Positions 54,780 to 63,793 of a stretch of DNA of 64,000 nt are shown here, piece after piece. Source of the stretch: Bacteroidota bacterium (GTDB lineage: Bacteria; Bacteroidota; Bacteroidia; J057; JAJTIE01); NCBI GenBank assembly GCA_019638695.1, contig JAHBTG010000001.1, forward strand, positions 19,173 through 83,172. Direction: 5' to 3'. How positions within the stretch are numbered: position 1 is the stretch's first letter; each line of letters begins with the position of its first letter. The notes under the pieces were generated by a model, which had not been told where the DNA came from, did not search any database, and saw nothing but the letters and a program-made list of their open reading frames with translations. Both the position numbers and the translations under genes were made by a program.

Positions 54780-54787
54780 CAAATTTA
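54780..54787 (-). promoter_or_regulatory. Candidate -7 promoter box TAAATTTG only 4 nt upstream of the metF ATG
   Basis: Minus strand reads TAAATTTGccttATG. This would give a leaderless or near-leaderless mRNA. Confidence 0.3.
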
Positions 54788-54880
54788 ATTCTAAAACCTG
54801 CACCAAAAGAAAGAGCATTCAGAATGTTCATAATGAGCATAAGGCCATCTCCGGGCTCTCAAAGATTACGCCTGCTGTTG

Positions 54881-54888
54881 TATCTTTG
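54881..54888 (+). promoter_or_regulatory. Candidate -7 promoter box TATCTTTG 5 nt upstream of the coiled-coil gene ATG
   Basis: TATCTTTGagctcATG. The box is also the 3' arm of a 9-bp hairpin (54858-54866 / 54882-54890). Confidence 0.3.
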
Positions 54889-54893
54889 AGCTC

Positions 54894-55160
54894 ATGGCAA
54901 ACGCTCCCCGCATAGAAGCCCAGCTGGAAACCCTGGAAGCCGCAGTGGCCCGGCTCCTGGCGCGTGTGGCTGAGCTGGAACAGGAAAAAGCCGAATGGCA
55001 GGCCGCCGCGCAGGCCACGCCCGCAGCAGAGCCTGTGGCCGGCTTCCGCCACGGCCAGCTGCCGCTCCCGGCCTCATTCAGCTCCCCGCAAGAGCTGCGC
55101 CAGTGGCTGGATCGCATACTGGAAGAACTGGACGTGTGTATCCAAAGCCTGAAAGCCTAA
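54894..55160 (+). CDS. Small coiled-coil protein upstream of zapA
   Basis: 88-aa ORF with the heptad-like stretch 'IEAQLETLEAAVARLLARVAELEQEKAEW'. It lies 12 nt before zapA. No family is assigned. Confidence 0.5.
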   Translation: MANAPRIEAQLETLEAAVARLLARVAELEQEKAEWQAAAQATPAAEPVAGFRHGQLPLPASFSSPQELRQWLDRILEELDVCIQSLKA

Positions 55161-55172
55161 CCCCCATTCCGC

Positions 55173-55460
55173 ATGCAGAAGCACCAGATTACCTTGCAAT
55201 TACTGGGCAGAAACTTCCCCATCAACGTAACCCCGGAGGAAGAACCGCGCATACGCCTGGTAGCACAGCTTATCCAGGAGAAACTGGACAGCTACCGCCG
55301 CCGCTTCAACATTACCGACGATGTATACCTCACGCTGATGACCTGCATGGACATTACCGCAGAATACCTCAAGATCACAGACCACCAGGAAGCGCAGGAG
55401 CAGGCACTGGAAACCCGCCTTCAGGCCCTGAACGACACCCTGCATGATGCAGCAGTTTGA
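55173..55460 (+). CDS. zapA: Cell division protein ZapA
   Basis: 95-aa ORF. 'ITLQLLGRNFPINVTPEEEPRIRLVAQLIQEKLDSYR' fits the ZapA N-terminal domain plus coiled coil. Its position directly upstream of rny is typical for Bacteroidota. Confidence 0.75.
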   Translation: MQKHQITLQLLGRNFPINVTPEEEPRIRLVAQLIQEKLDSYRRRFNITDDVYLTLMTCMDITAEYLKITDHQEAQEQALETRLQALNDTLHDAAV

Positions 55461-55468
55461 TTTAGTTG

Positions 55469-55476
55469 TACTTTTG
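55469..55476 (+). promoter_or_regulatory. Possible internal -7 box TACTTTTG upstream of rny
   Basis: TACTTTTG lies 70 nt upstream of the rny ATG. No properly spaced -33 element was found. Confidence 0.25.
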
Positions 55477-55546
55477 TGAGAGGCAAAGGAGGTTCACATC
55501 CGCCATTGTTCGTATCCCCTATTAAAATCCACTCGAAAACCCTAAA

Positions 55547-57109
55547 ATGGAAGTTCTGATATATGTAGCGGTAGGCATAGCCGGCGTGTTGGCCGGGGCC
55601 CTGGTCACCCGCATGATCCTTTCCGGACAAGCCTCCAAAGCAGAGCAGGAAGCCCGCGCCCGTGCAGAAGTTATCCTCAAGGAAGCCGAAGTAAAAGCCG
55701 AAGCCATCCGCCAGCAAAAGAAACTGGATGCACAAACACACTTTCAGGAACAAAAACAGAAGTTTGAGGCAGATATCCTGGATCGCAACCAGAAGCTGCA
55801 GGCCAATGAGCAGCGCGTCAAGCAAAAAGAGCAAAGTCTCAACCAAAAGTATGAGCAGGTAAAACGCGAACAGAGCGACATAGAGAAGCAGCAGAAAAAA
55901 GTGGAGGAGCAAAGCCGCATCCTGCACGAGAAGAATGAGCAGCTGGACAATGTCCTCCGGGAGCAGAACCAGAAGCTGGAAAAAATAGCCGGCATGAGCC
56001 AGGAAGAAGCACTGAACAAGCTGATGGACAACCTGGTGAACGAGGCCCGCAGCAAGGCGTCCTCTCTCATCAAAGAGGCGGAGGAAAATGCCCGCCTTAC
56101 CGCCAACAAGGAGGCCAAGCGTATCGTCATCCAGACCATCCAGCGCACAGCCGCAGAGCATGCCATTGAAAACAGCGTCACGGTCTTTAACCTGGAGAAT
56201 GACGAGGTCAAAGGCCGCATCATCGGCCGCGAGGGGCGCAACATCCGCGCACTGGAAGCCGCTACCGGCGTTGAGATCATCGTGGACGATACCCCGGAGG
56301 CTATCATCATCAGCGGTTTTGACCCCATTCGCCGGGAAATCGCCCGCATATCCCTGCACCGCTTGGTGGCCGACGGCCGCATACACCCCGCCCGCATTGA
56401 GGAAGTAGTGGCGAAGACGACGAAAATGCTGAATGAGGAAATCATGGAAATAGGCGAACGCACCGCCATTGACCTGGGTATTCACGGCCTGCACCCGGAC
56501 CTCATCCGTATGGTGGGGCGCATGAAATACCGCAGCAGCTATGGCCAGAACCTGCTGCAGCACAGCCGCGAGGTGGCCAATATGTGCGCCACGATGGCGG
56601 CCGAACTGGGCCTCAACGCCAAGCTGGCCAAACGGGCCGGCCTCCTGCATGACATTGGCAAAGTGGTGGACAATGAACCCGAACTGCCGCACGCCATCAT
56701 CGGTATGCAGATAGCAGAGCGCTGCAAAGAGCATCCCGATGTGGTGAATGCCATCGGCGCCCACCACGAGGAGATCGAAATGACTGCACTCATCTCGCCT
56801 ATCATCCAGGCTTGTGACGCCATCAGCGGCGCCCGCCCCGGCGCACGGCGTGAGATCGTAGAGACTTATATCAAACGACTGAAGGAGCTGGAAGCCCTGC
56901 CCCTCAGCTACCCCGGCGTATCCAAGAGCTTTGCCATACAGGCGGGTCGCGAGCTCCGCGTAGTGGTAGAGGCCGAGCAGGTAACCGACCTGGATGCCGA
57001 TAAGCTGGCCGTAGACCTCTCCGGCCGCATTCAGAACGAGATGCAATACCCGGGTCAGATCAAGGTGACGGTCATCCGCGAGAAGCGGGCTGTGGCCTTT
57101 GCCAAGTAA
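55547..57109 (+). CDS. rny: Ribonuclease Y
   Basis: 520-aa ORF with an N-terminal TM segment and a long Lys/Glu/Gln coiled coil. The KH domain reads '[25 protein letters not shown]'. The HD domain reads 'LLHDIGKV...GAHHEE'. Confidence 0.92.
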   Translation: MEVLIYVAVGIAGVLAGALVTRMILSGQASKAEQEARARAEVILKEAEVKAEAIRQQKKLDAQTHFQEQKQKFEADILDRNQKLQANEQRVKQKEQSLNQKYEQVKREQSDIEKQQKKVEEQSRILHEKNEQLDNVLREQNQKLEKIAGMSQEEALNKLMDNLVNEARSKASSLIKEAEENARLTANKEAKRIVIQTIQRTAAEHAIENSVTVFNLENDEVKGRIIGREGRNIRALEAATGVEIIVDDTPEAIIISGFDPIRREIARISLHRLVADGRIHPARIEEVVAKTTKMLNEEIMEIGERTAIDLGIHGLHPDLIRMVGRMKYRSSYGQNLLQHSREVANMCATMAAELGLNAKLAKRAGLLHDIGKVVDNEPELPHAIIGMQIAERCKEHPDVVNAIGAHHEEIEMTALISPIIQACDAISGARPGARREIVETYIKRLKELEALPLSYPGVSKSFAIQAGRELRVVVEAEQVTDLDADKLAVDLSGRIQNEMQYPGQIKVTVIREKRAVAFAK

Positions 57110-57134
57110 CCCGTTCCTTACTTATCTGAAGAAA

Positions 57135-57167
57135 AGCCCCCTGTAGTTACTTACAGGGGGCTTTTTA
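57135..57167 (+). terminator. Rho-independent terminator of rny
   Basis: Stem AGCCCCCTGTA/TACAGGGGGCT with loop GTTACT, followed by a T-run. Confidence 0.8.
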
Positions 57168-57224
57168 TATTCTGGCACGCAGATTGCAGTGTAGAGGGTA
57201 TTATTATCCTTTATTACCAGAATC

Positions 57225-57740
57225 ATGAAAAAGTTATCAATCATGCTGTTGGGTGCCGGGGTCCTGCTAGCTCCCGGTGTATACGCCCAGCAAAAATCGA
57301 CTGAGCAACAGGAAAGCCCTGCATCCAAACAAGGGACACACCGCCAGTCTTACTCCGGTAAACACAAGCCGCATCACGGCCATTACCAGGGTCACCACCA
57401 TAGTCATGCCCAAGGTCATCACGGGCATCCCGTGCGTCCGCACAGCTACGGCCCAGGCGCAGGCCAGCGGCCCCATCACGGGTACTACGGACACAGCCGC
57501 GGACCGGCCAGGTATCACGGGCAAGGCACCCAAAGCTACCGTCCGCACCAGGCTCCCGGACACACGCGCTATGGTTACCACAGCCACTACGGGCATAAAA
57601 GCCAGGCAGTGCACCCCCGTGGAAACGCTGCCCACCGTGGCTATGTGCAGGGACCCTCTCGCCACGGATATTCCCACAAAGGATACGCCCGCAAGTCCAC
57701 CGCCTGCCACCATCATCATTGCAAATACCGGTCCTACTAG
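57225..57740 (+). CDS. Secreted histidine/glycine/tyrosine-rich low-complexity protein
   Basis: 171-aa ORF with signal peptide 'MKKLSIMLLGAGVLLAPGVYAQ'. I counted 30 His by hand in ~149 mature residues ('HKPHHGHYQGHHHSHAQGHHGHP'), and the C-terminus contains 'CHHHHC'. It is flanked by its own terminators. Confidence 0.65.
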   Translation: MKKLSIMLLGAGVLLAPGVYAQQKSTEQQESPASKQGTHRQSYSGKHKPHHGHYQGHHHSHAQGHHGHPVRPHSYGPGAGQRPHHGYYGHSRGPARYHGQGTQSYRPHQAPGHTRYGYHSHYGHKSQAVHPRGNAAHRGYVQGPSRHGYSHKGYARKSTACHHHHCKYRSY

Positions 57741-57763
57741 TTGCGGATAACTAGCCGGATGTA

Positions 57764-57792
57764 AAAGCACCTGTTGTTCAGGTGCTTTTTTT
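57764..57792. terminator. Hairpin terminator shared by convergent genes
   Basis: Stem AAAGCACCTG/CAGGTGCTTT with loop TTGTT. A T7 run follows on the plus strand and a shorter T-run on the minus strand. Confidence 0.7.
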
Positions 57793-57803
57793 ATGCCGCG
57801 GCG

Positions 57804-59930
57804 TTAGTCATTGAACTGCCAGCTTACCCCAAAGTTGAAAGCACGTGGTTGCATGGGGTGAAAGGGCGTCGTAAAATAACCGGGCGCCATCAGTCCCTGG
57901 TTGGCATGCAGCATTTTCACATAGATGAACGTGCGCTGTATGCGCAGTGCAAACCAGGCATTGAGCTGCATATAAGCAGGTAGTTCCTGCGTGTACTGCG
58001 GATACCATACCTGGAGAGAGGGGTCCAATGCAAAACCCCGGAATGCGGTAAAACCACTGGCCTCTACCCCCAGCTGAAAGTCTGCCGGGGTGCGAAACAA
58101 CTTACTCTCCCAGAAGAAACGGGCATTGCCATATAGGGCAGGGCGGTCATTTGCATAAGGTTCCAGCGCCGGAACATCCGCAGTATGGTAGCCCTGCTGG
58201 GCGGTCAGGTCGCTTTGCAGGTAAAAACGCCCCAGGCGCTGCTGCTGCGCCAGGGAAACACCCAGCCAGCGGTAGGACGCATCCTCTGCGGCCTGCATCA
58301 CCTGCATGCGATGGGTATAATAAATGGGAGTTGTCACCCTACTGGCAAAGCCCCCCAGTTCCAGGTAATTCTGCCGAAAAGCCAGCCCCCGGCGCATGCG
58401 GGGTTTGCCCCAGGTATGCCGCAGGTGCCCCTGCAAGGAAAACACCTGCTCATTGACCAGGCCGGGGTTACCCGCAAAAGTGAGGGTTTGCCAGTAGACC
58501 TCCTGCAGGCTGGGATTGTAGCCAGCCTGCAGGGCAGCCACAGTAGCCTGCCAGGGCACCCAGCTGCCCTGGTAGATCTTGGGCTTGCGAAGTCCTGCTG
58601 CAATGCGGTAGTTGATGGTATCGATGGCAGAGCTGTCCAGCAGGGAGAAGACGCGCGGACGGCTGGTCCAGGTGACGGCTGCCGCCAACTGGCGGGTGGG
58701 TGCCTGCAGGCTGTTATCTGCCCATCGAAAGTGCAGGGTGAGCTGCAGCAGGGGCGTCTCATCGGCAAGACGCCGGAAATGACCCTGCCAGCGGGCTGCC
58801 ACGGCATAGCGGGTGAGTGCTCCCCCGGGGGCACGGAGCACTGCCTGGGGCAAACGCAGTTGCCCGGCATCGCCTTCCAGGTACAGCGTATCCTGCAGGA
58901 AAGGAGCCCGGGACGAGATCGCAAGCCCGCCGGAAGCGGTGTGTTCCCGCAGGGTGAGGCCATAACCCACTTTTCCTTCGGCAGCCAGCAGCTGAGGATA
59001 GGGACGATACAAGGTGCTATTGAGATCTGCGGCAGTATAGGTCACGGGATCTGCCATTACCTGCACAAAATCCTGTGTCTTCCCGGCCAGACGGAGTCCC
59101 AGCCAGTTCAAAGGCTGGCCGTAAGCCTGCACCCAGACCGCCCGGTGACGCTGATACAGGCTGGCATTGCGCAGCTGCACGGTGGTGGAGATCCCCTCAA
59201 AAAGGTCACTGAGGGGCGCGTCTCCCGTGGTGGAGATGCCGCCGTTCAGTCCGTCATTCTGCTGCTGCCACAGCAGGCCGCCAAAGAGCTGCCAGCGGAA
59301 GTCCCGGCTGTGGAGCCAGTGGTTCCAATAGATATTATAGTGGTCGGTCACCTGGTTAGCATAGAGGCCGGTAGCCGTGCGGCGACGGTAATGCAGGGTG
59401 CTGTTCCACCAGGGCTGCAGGTTCTGGCTTAGGGTTACGCGCAACAGCTGAGTATTAAAGCTGCTTTGGTTGAAATGGACATGTACTAACGGCCTGTGGG
59501 CATCATAGACCGGGGTATGCTCCGGCAGGAAGAAATAAGGATCCGGCTGTGCAGAAAGGGGATGTACCCAGTCGCCGGCATCTCCCAGGTAACGGCTCCT
59601 GAGCCCCAGGCGCAGTGTATTCACCGGTTTGCCCAGTATACCGGTATGCTGCAGGAATCCGGGCATCTCCAGGGCCTCATCCCAGCGATGGACCTGGTCC
59701 AGAGTCATAAGCACCGTATCGGATGCAGGGAGGAAAAGGATACGGACACTATCCGGGGCCAGACTATCCGGAATATGTACCGGGGTACCCAGCGGGGCGA
59801 GCCACCCGGCATATATGCGGGCAGCAGGGGGCAGCGTATCTGCAGGAGTGGAGGCAGCGGGTTTCTGTGCAAGCAGCCACAGGGGAGTCAATCCCCACCA
59901 TATCGCCCAGAAGACTCCTTTCGTTTGCAT
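57804..59930 (-). CDS. Outer-membrane beta-barrel protein (putative porin family)
   Basis: 708-aa ORF with a signal-like N-terminus. It shows an alternating amphipathic strand pattern rich in Y/W/G/Q and a C-terminal strand 'FNFGVSWQFND'. Confidence 0.55.
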   Translation of the reverse strand: MQTKGVFWAIWWGLTPLWLLAQKPAASTPADTLPPAARIYAGWLAPLGTPVHIPDSLAPDSVRILFLPASDTVLMTLDQVHRWDEALEMPGFLQHTGILGKPVNTLRLGLRSRYLGDAGDWVHPLSAQPDPYFFLPEHTPVYDAHRPLVHVHFNQSSFNTQLLRVTLSQNLQPWWNSTLHYRRRTATGLYANQVTDHYNIYWNHWLHSRDFRWQLFGGLLWQQQNDGLNGGISTTGDAPLSDLFEGISTTVQLRNASLYQRHRAVWVQAYGQPLNWLGLRLAGKTQDFVQVMADPVTYTAADLNSTLYRPYPQLLAAEGKVGYGLTLREHTASGGLAISSRAPFLQDTLYLEGDAGQLRLPQAVLRAPGGALTRYAVAARWQGHFRRLADETPLLQLTLHFRWADNSLQAPTRQLAAAVTWTSRPRVFSLLDSSAIDTINYRIAAGLRKPKIYQGSWVPWQATVAALQAGYNPSLQEVYWQTLTFAGNPGLVNEQVFSLQGHLRHTWGKPRMRRGLAFRQNYLELGGFASRVTTPIYYTHRMQVMQAAEDASYRWLGVSLAQQQRLGRFYLQSDLTAQQGYHTADVPALEPYANDRPALYGNARFFWESKLFRTPADFQLGVEASGFTAFRGFALDPSLQVWYPQYTQELPAYMQLNAWFALRIQRTFIYVKMLHANQGLMAPGYFTTPFHPMQPRAFNFGVSWQFND

Positions 59931-59939
59931 ACTGCCGGT

Positions 59940-60755
59940 CTAGCACTCGGCAATGAGGCGCTGCATGATGCGGGTGAGGCTGGGTTCGGTAGCAGCGGCC
60001 ACCGCCAGGATATCCGCCAGCGCTACCGGAGCCAGGTGGTCAGGATCGCATTCATCGGTGATGAGGCTGATGGCAAAGGTGCGAAGGCCCATATGCTGCG
60101 CTACAATCACTTCCGGCACGGTGCTCATACCTACCACATCTGCTCCAATGGCACGCAGGAACCGGTATTCTGCACGGGTCTCCAGGTTGGGCCCCGGTAC
60201 AGACACATACACCCCTTTGTGGAGGGCGATCTTTTCTTCTGCAGCTATCTTCTCTGCCAGGGCAATGAGGCCGGGATCATAAGGGCGGCTCATATCCGGG
60301 AAACGGGGACCAAACTTATCGAGGTTGGGGCCGCGCAAAGGGTTCTCCGGCAGCAGATTGATATGATCATCGATGATCATCAGGGACCCCTTGGGGAAGT
60401 CCAGGTTCACGGCTCCTGCTGCATTGCTGAGTAGCAGCGTGCGCACCCCCAGCAACTGCATGATGCGGATGGGGTAGGTGATCTGCTGCATGGTATAGCC
60501 CTCATAGTAATGCAGGCGTCCTTGCATGGCCACTACTTCACGCCCCTCTATCTTGCCAAAGATAAGCTTGCCAAAATGGCTTTCTACCGTGCTGATAGGG
60601 AAATGGGGGATGAAGTTATAGGCAAGTGTTTTTTCCACTTCTATACAATCGGCAAGTTTGCCCATGCCTGTACCCAGTACTATGCCTATGGAAGGGGTGC
60701 CGCTATAGTGTTTGCGGATATATCCCAGGGTATCGTCAAATTGTATGGTGCTCAT
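59940..60755 (-). CDS. Purine nucleoside phosphorylase (trimeric, inosine/guanosine type)
   Basis: 271-aa ORF with 'GIVLGTGMG', 'HFGKLIFGKIEGREVVAMQGRLHYYEGY', 'LLLSNAAGAVN' and 'VGMSTVPEVIVA'. Confidence 0.87.
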   Translation of the reverse strand: MSTIQFDDTLGYIRKHYSGTPSIGIVLGTGMGKLADCIEVEKTLAYNFIPHFPISTVESHFGKLIFGKIEGREVVAMQGRLHYYEGYTMQQITYPIRIMQLLGVRTLLLSNAAGAVNLDFPKGSLMIIDDHINLLPENPLRGPNLDKFGPRFPDMSRPYDPGLIALAEKIAAEEKIALHKGVYVSVPGPNLETRAEYRFLRAIGADVVGMSTVPEVIVAQHMGLRTFAISLITDECDPDHLAPVALADILAVAAATEPSLTRIMQRLIAEC

Positions 60756-61900
60756 GATTTTCCGTTGGTTTCAGCCTCTTCGGCCACATGTTCCGGGAAT
60801 TGGATATTCAGTAGTTTGATCAAACGACTACGGTACTTATAGAAGTTGAGATTGACAGACATATAATAAAAAGGGGCATCTCCTATCGCATCCCATAACC
60901 AGGGCTCTTTGCGCAAGCGATTGTAGTCTTTCTCTGTAGTAATCACAAAAGGTTTATTCTTAATGTGCCGTTCCCGGCACACTATTTTATAGCGCTGGAG
61001 AATGCGTTCGATATCCTTTTCTCTATAGGGATGATGGTCCCGGAAACGATAGGTGCGCATGGAATAAATGGCATAGCGGCGGATATGGTGCTCAAACTGG
61101 TCATTATTGCCCAGGCCACTGAAGACGACGGCCGCCGTTTGTTTGAAGTCATCGGGCAGCAGCGGCGTTCCGGAATCCTGAAAACGATAGACATGCTGGG
61201 CAGAAATGCCTGTGAATACCACTTTCTTATCTTTAAATCTCTTTTTGAAATAACTCTCGATCGGTTTAACCTGCTTTTCTTCCGTCACTTTACTCACCAT
61301 TACAATATCGGCACGGCGGATTCCCCGCAACGGCTCGCGCAACAGGCCCAGCGGAAGGATATGATTTTTCCAGGGCACTTTATTGATATCCATCATGAGA
61401 ATATCCATATCTCTGGCAATGCGGCGGTGCTGGAAGGCATCGTCCAGGATCACCACATCCAGGGTATAGTCTTTGAGCAGAGCCTCCACTCCCTTGACCC
61501 GGTTCTCGCACACAGCCACTATCATCTGAGGAAACTTGGTGGCTACCTGCAAGGCTTCATCGCCCACTTCGCGAAAGGTATGCGTATCGGGCAGCACCCG
61601 GATATATCCTTTGGTGGCGCGTCCATATCCCCTGGAAAGATAGGCCACCCGCAGCCCTTTCTGGTGCAGAAAATCCATCAGGAATTCTGCCACAATGGTT
61701 TTACCGGTGCCTCCGGTAGACAGGTTTCCAATGGAAATAACTTTGACAGGCAAGCGTGATTGCTTAAAAAATCCCCAGTCGTAGCATTTGTTTCGGAAGA
61801 ATGTAATGACCCAATAAATTCCGGCAGCTGGCACCAGCAACAAGCTTCTGAGCACAAAACGAATAATGGGTTTCAACTGACCGCGGGTTAGATTAATCAA
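60752..61900 (-). CDS. lpxK: Tetraacyldisaccharide 4'-kinase
   Basis: 382-aa ORF with P-loop 'ISIGNLSTGGTGKTIVAEFL', 'YLSRGYGR' and 'ILDDAFQHRRI'. Its stop overlaps the PNP start by 4 nt. Confidence 0.85.
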   Translation of the reverse strand: MINLTRGQLKPIIRFVLRSLLLVPAAGIYWVITFFRNKCYDWGFFKQSRLPVKVISIGNLSTGGTGKTIVAEFLMDFLHQKGLRVAYLSRGYGRATKGYIRVLPDTHTFREVGDEALQVATKFPQMIVAVCENRVKGVEALLKDYTLDVVILDDAFQHRRIARDMDILMMDINKVPWKNHILPLGLLREPLRGIRRADIVMVSKVTEEKQVKPIESYFKKRFKDKKVVFTGISAQHVYRFQDSGTPLLPDDFKQTAAVVFSGLGNNDQFEHHIRRYAIYSMRTYRFRDHHPYREKDIERILQRYKIVCRERHIKNKPFVITTEKDYNRLRKEPWLWDAIGDAPFYYMSVNLNFYKYRSRLIKLLNIQFPEHVAEEAETNGKS

Positions 61901-61931
61901 AAATTTGGCTAATATCCAAAAAGAACCTCAA

Positions 61932-62954
61932 TTACCATTCCCGTTGTTCTCTTGTTTTTTCCACTTTTTGCAAAGCCATCCATAAGGCATCCAGCAGCTC
62001 CGGCACCCCGGCTTCCGTAACAGAAGAAAACAAGAGAGGCTCCAGGTCTGCCAGTTCCTTTTTCAGACGTTGCTGGTCGCCGGGTGCCAGCAGATCTGTC
62101 TTGCTAATGGCCAGCAGGCTGGGTGTGTGGCCCAGAGAGGGATCGTAAGTAATAAGTTCATTGCGCAGAATGCCATACTGGGCACGAATATCTTCTGTAT
62201 CTGCAGATACCATGTAGAGCAGCACGGCATTGCGTTCGATGTGCCGCAGAAAGCGGGTGCCCAGGCCCTTGCCTTCGCTGGCACCTTCTATAATACCGGG
62301 AATGTCTGCCATGACAAAAGACTGCCAGTCCCGGTAGCGCACGATCCCCAGGTTGGGCACCAGCGTGGTAAAGGGATAGTCTGCAATCTCCGGACGTGCC
62401 GCCGTTACCACAGAGAGCAAGGTGCTCTTACCCGCATTGGGAAATCCCACGAGGCCCACATCTGCCAGCACCTTGAGCTCCAGCACCAGTATGCGCTCCT
62501 GGCCGGGCGTGCCGGGCTGTGCATATTCCGGCGTTTGATTAGCGGCAGAACGGAATTGCCAGTTACCCAGCCCTCCATAACCTCCGGGTACTGCAATTAA
62601 CTGCTGGCCGTGGGTAGTGATCTCTCCCAGCACCTGTCCGGTGGTATCGTCCTTCACAATGGTGCCCAGGGGTACCCGCAGCACTTCATCCGCCCCGCGT
62701 TTTCCTTTTTTACGAGCGCCCTGGCCGGGCTGGCCATGAGCGGCTTTCACAAACTTGCGGTATTTGAGGTCCAGCAGTGTCCAGTACTGGGCATTCCCTT
62801 CTATAACAATGCTGCCGCCATCGCCGCCATCACCGCCGTCGGGTCCGCCATGCGGCACAAATTTTTCCCGCCGCCAGCTGACCACACCTGCACCTCCATT
62901 ACCGCTGGAACAGTACAGTTTCACATAATCTACAAAGTTATTTTTCAGCGCCAT
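61932..62954 (-). CDS. obg: GTPase ObgE/CgtA
   Basis: 340-aa ORF with the Obg fold 'FVDYVKLYCSSGNGGAGVVSWRREKFVPHGGPDGGDGGDGGSIV'. G motifs are 'GFPNAGKST' and 'DIPGIIEGAS'. Confidence 0.92.
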   Translation of the reverse strand: MALKNNFVDYVKLYCSSGNGGAGVVSWRREKFVPHGGPDGGDGGDGGSIVIEGNAQYWTLLDLKYRKFVKAAHGQPGQGARKKGKRGADEVLRVPLGTIVKDDTTGQVLGEITTHGQQLIAVPGGYGGLGNWQFRSAANQTPEYAQPGTPGQERILVLELKVLADVGLVGFPNAGKSTLLSVVTAARPEIADYPFTTLVPNLGIVRYRDWQSFVMADIPGIIEGASEGKGLGTRFLRHIERNAVLLYMVSADTEDIRAQYGILRNELITYDPSLGHTPSLLAISKTDLLAPGDQQRLKKELADLEPLLFSSVTEAGVPELLDALWMALQKVEKTREQREW

Positions 62955-62980
62955 GGCTCAGGGCAAAGATACCGGGGGTA

Positions 62981-62988
62981 CAAATCTA
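62981..62988 (-). promoter_or_regulatory. Candidate -7 promoter box TAGATTTG for obg (a second box TATCTTTG is at 62964-62971)
   Basis: Plus strand CAAATCTA lies 26 nt upstream of the obg ATG. CAAAGATA lies 9 nt upstream. Confidence 0.3.
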
Positions 62989-63039
62989 CAACCAGAATGC
63001 GCGCAGACAGCACGTCCATGCACTCCCACGGGGTTTTGT

Positions 63040-63047
63040 TATCTTTG
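63040..63047 (+). promoter_or_regulatory. Candidate -7 promoter box TATCTTTG for the lipoprotein methyltransferase gene
   Basis: TATCTTTG lies 23 nt upstream of the ATG at 63071. Confidence 0.35.
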
Positions 63048-63070
63048 TTCGCCCAATTTTGCCACTATTT

Positions 63071-63793
63071 ATGAGATTCCCGCACTTGTCCATTCCCTGC
63101 CTGCTCTGGGCAATGATCCTGCTCCCGGCCTGTGAACCGCCCCCGGGCAATCATTCCGGGAAAGATATCAACGGGTTGCCCGATACTGCTTTGAGCGAAA
63201 AGGCCAAAGGATATATGCAGGACGAGGACTTTGAAACACTGGTCAAGCGGTTTGAAAATCAGGAACGGGATACCTGGCAGCAGCCGGATAAGGTGCTGGC
63301 ATTGATGGGAGATTTGCGGGGAAAAACAGTAGCAGACATTGGCGCCGGCACGGGGTATTTCACCTTCCGGCTGGCACAGCGTGCCCATAAGACGATTGCC
63401 ATCGACATAGATGAGCGTTTCCTGCAATATATCGCAGGCAAGAACAAACGCCTGTTTGCCGACAGCCTTCAGATAGAAACCCGCCTGAGCCAGGCCAACA
63501 GCCCCGGGCTGGCCGCGGCCGAAGCCGATGCGGTCATTGTTGTGAATACCTATCACCATATAGACGCCCGCACAGAGTATTTCAGGCTGGTACATCGCGG
63601 GTTAAAACCCGGGGGCAAACTGTATGTAATAGATTTCAAGAAGGGAGATTTTCCCATGGGCCCGCCAGACCGGCTGAAACTGGAGCTGAAGCAGATTGAG
63701 AAAGAACTGCAAACTGCCGGTTTTGGCAGCGTGCATAATGCGCCGCTGGAACTGCCATACCAGTTTGTACTGGTGGCAGAGAAAAGCCGCTAA
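63071..63793 (+). CDS. Class I SAM-dependent methyltransferase with lipoprotein-type signal peptide
   Basis: The ATG at 63071 gives 'MRFPHLSIPCLLWAMILLPAC' (lipobox-like LPAC). The SAM motif is 'VADIGAGTGYFTFRLA', followed by 'AIDIDERFL' and 'VNTYHHI'. Confidence 0.75.
   Translation: MRFPHLSIPCLLWAMILLPACEPPPGNHSGKDINGLPDTALSEKAKGYMQDEDFETLVKRFENQERDTWQQPDKVLALMGDLRGKTVADIGAGTGYFTFRLAQRAHKTIAIDIDERFLQYIAGKNKRLFADSLQIETRLSQANSPGLAAAEADAVIVVNTYHHIDARTEYFRLVHRGLKPGGKLYVIDFKKGDFPMGPPDRLKLELKQIEKELQTAGFGSVHNAPLELPYQFVLVAEKSR

Noticed and set aside
54776-54893. Possible SAM riboswitch upstream of metF.
   Set aside because: Only 118 nt are available. I could not find SAM-I (GA-motif/kink-turn, 'AGGGA...CAACC') or SAM-II ('AAAGCU' pseudoknot) features. 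A promoter-like box abuts the ATG, leaving no leader.
60752-61900. lpxK looks AT-richer than its neighbours, hinting at foreign origin. By-eye counts give 32-47% GC per 60-nt line, against about 57-58% in obg and the PNP gene.
   Set aside because: The PP2C phosphatase gene (about 47% in sampled lines) shows a similar dip. lpxK sits in a conserved housekeeping string with overlapping stop/start and has no flanking repeats or mobility genes. A proper sliding-window GC and codon analysis would be needed.
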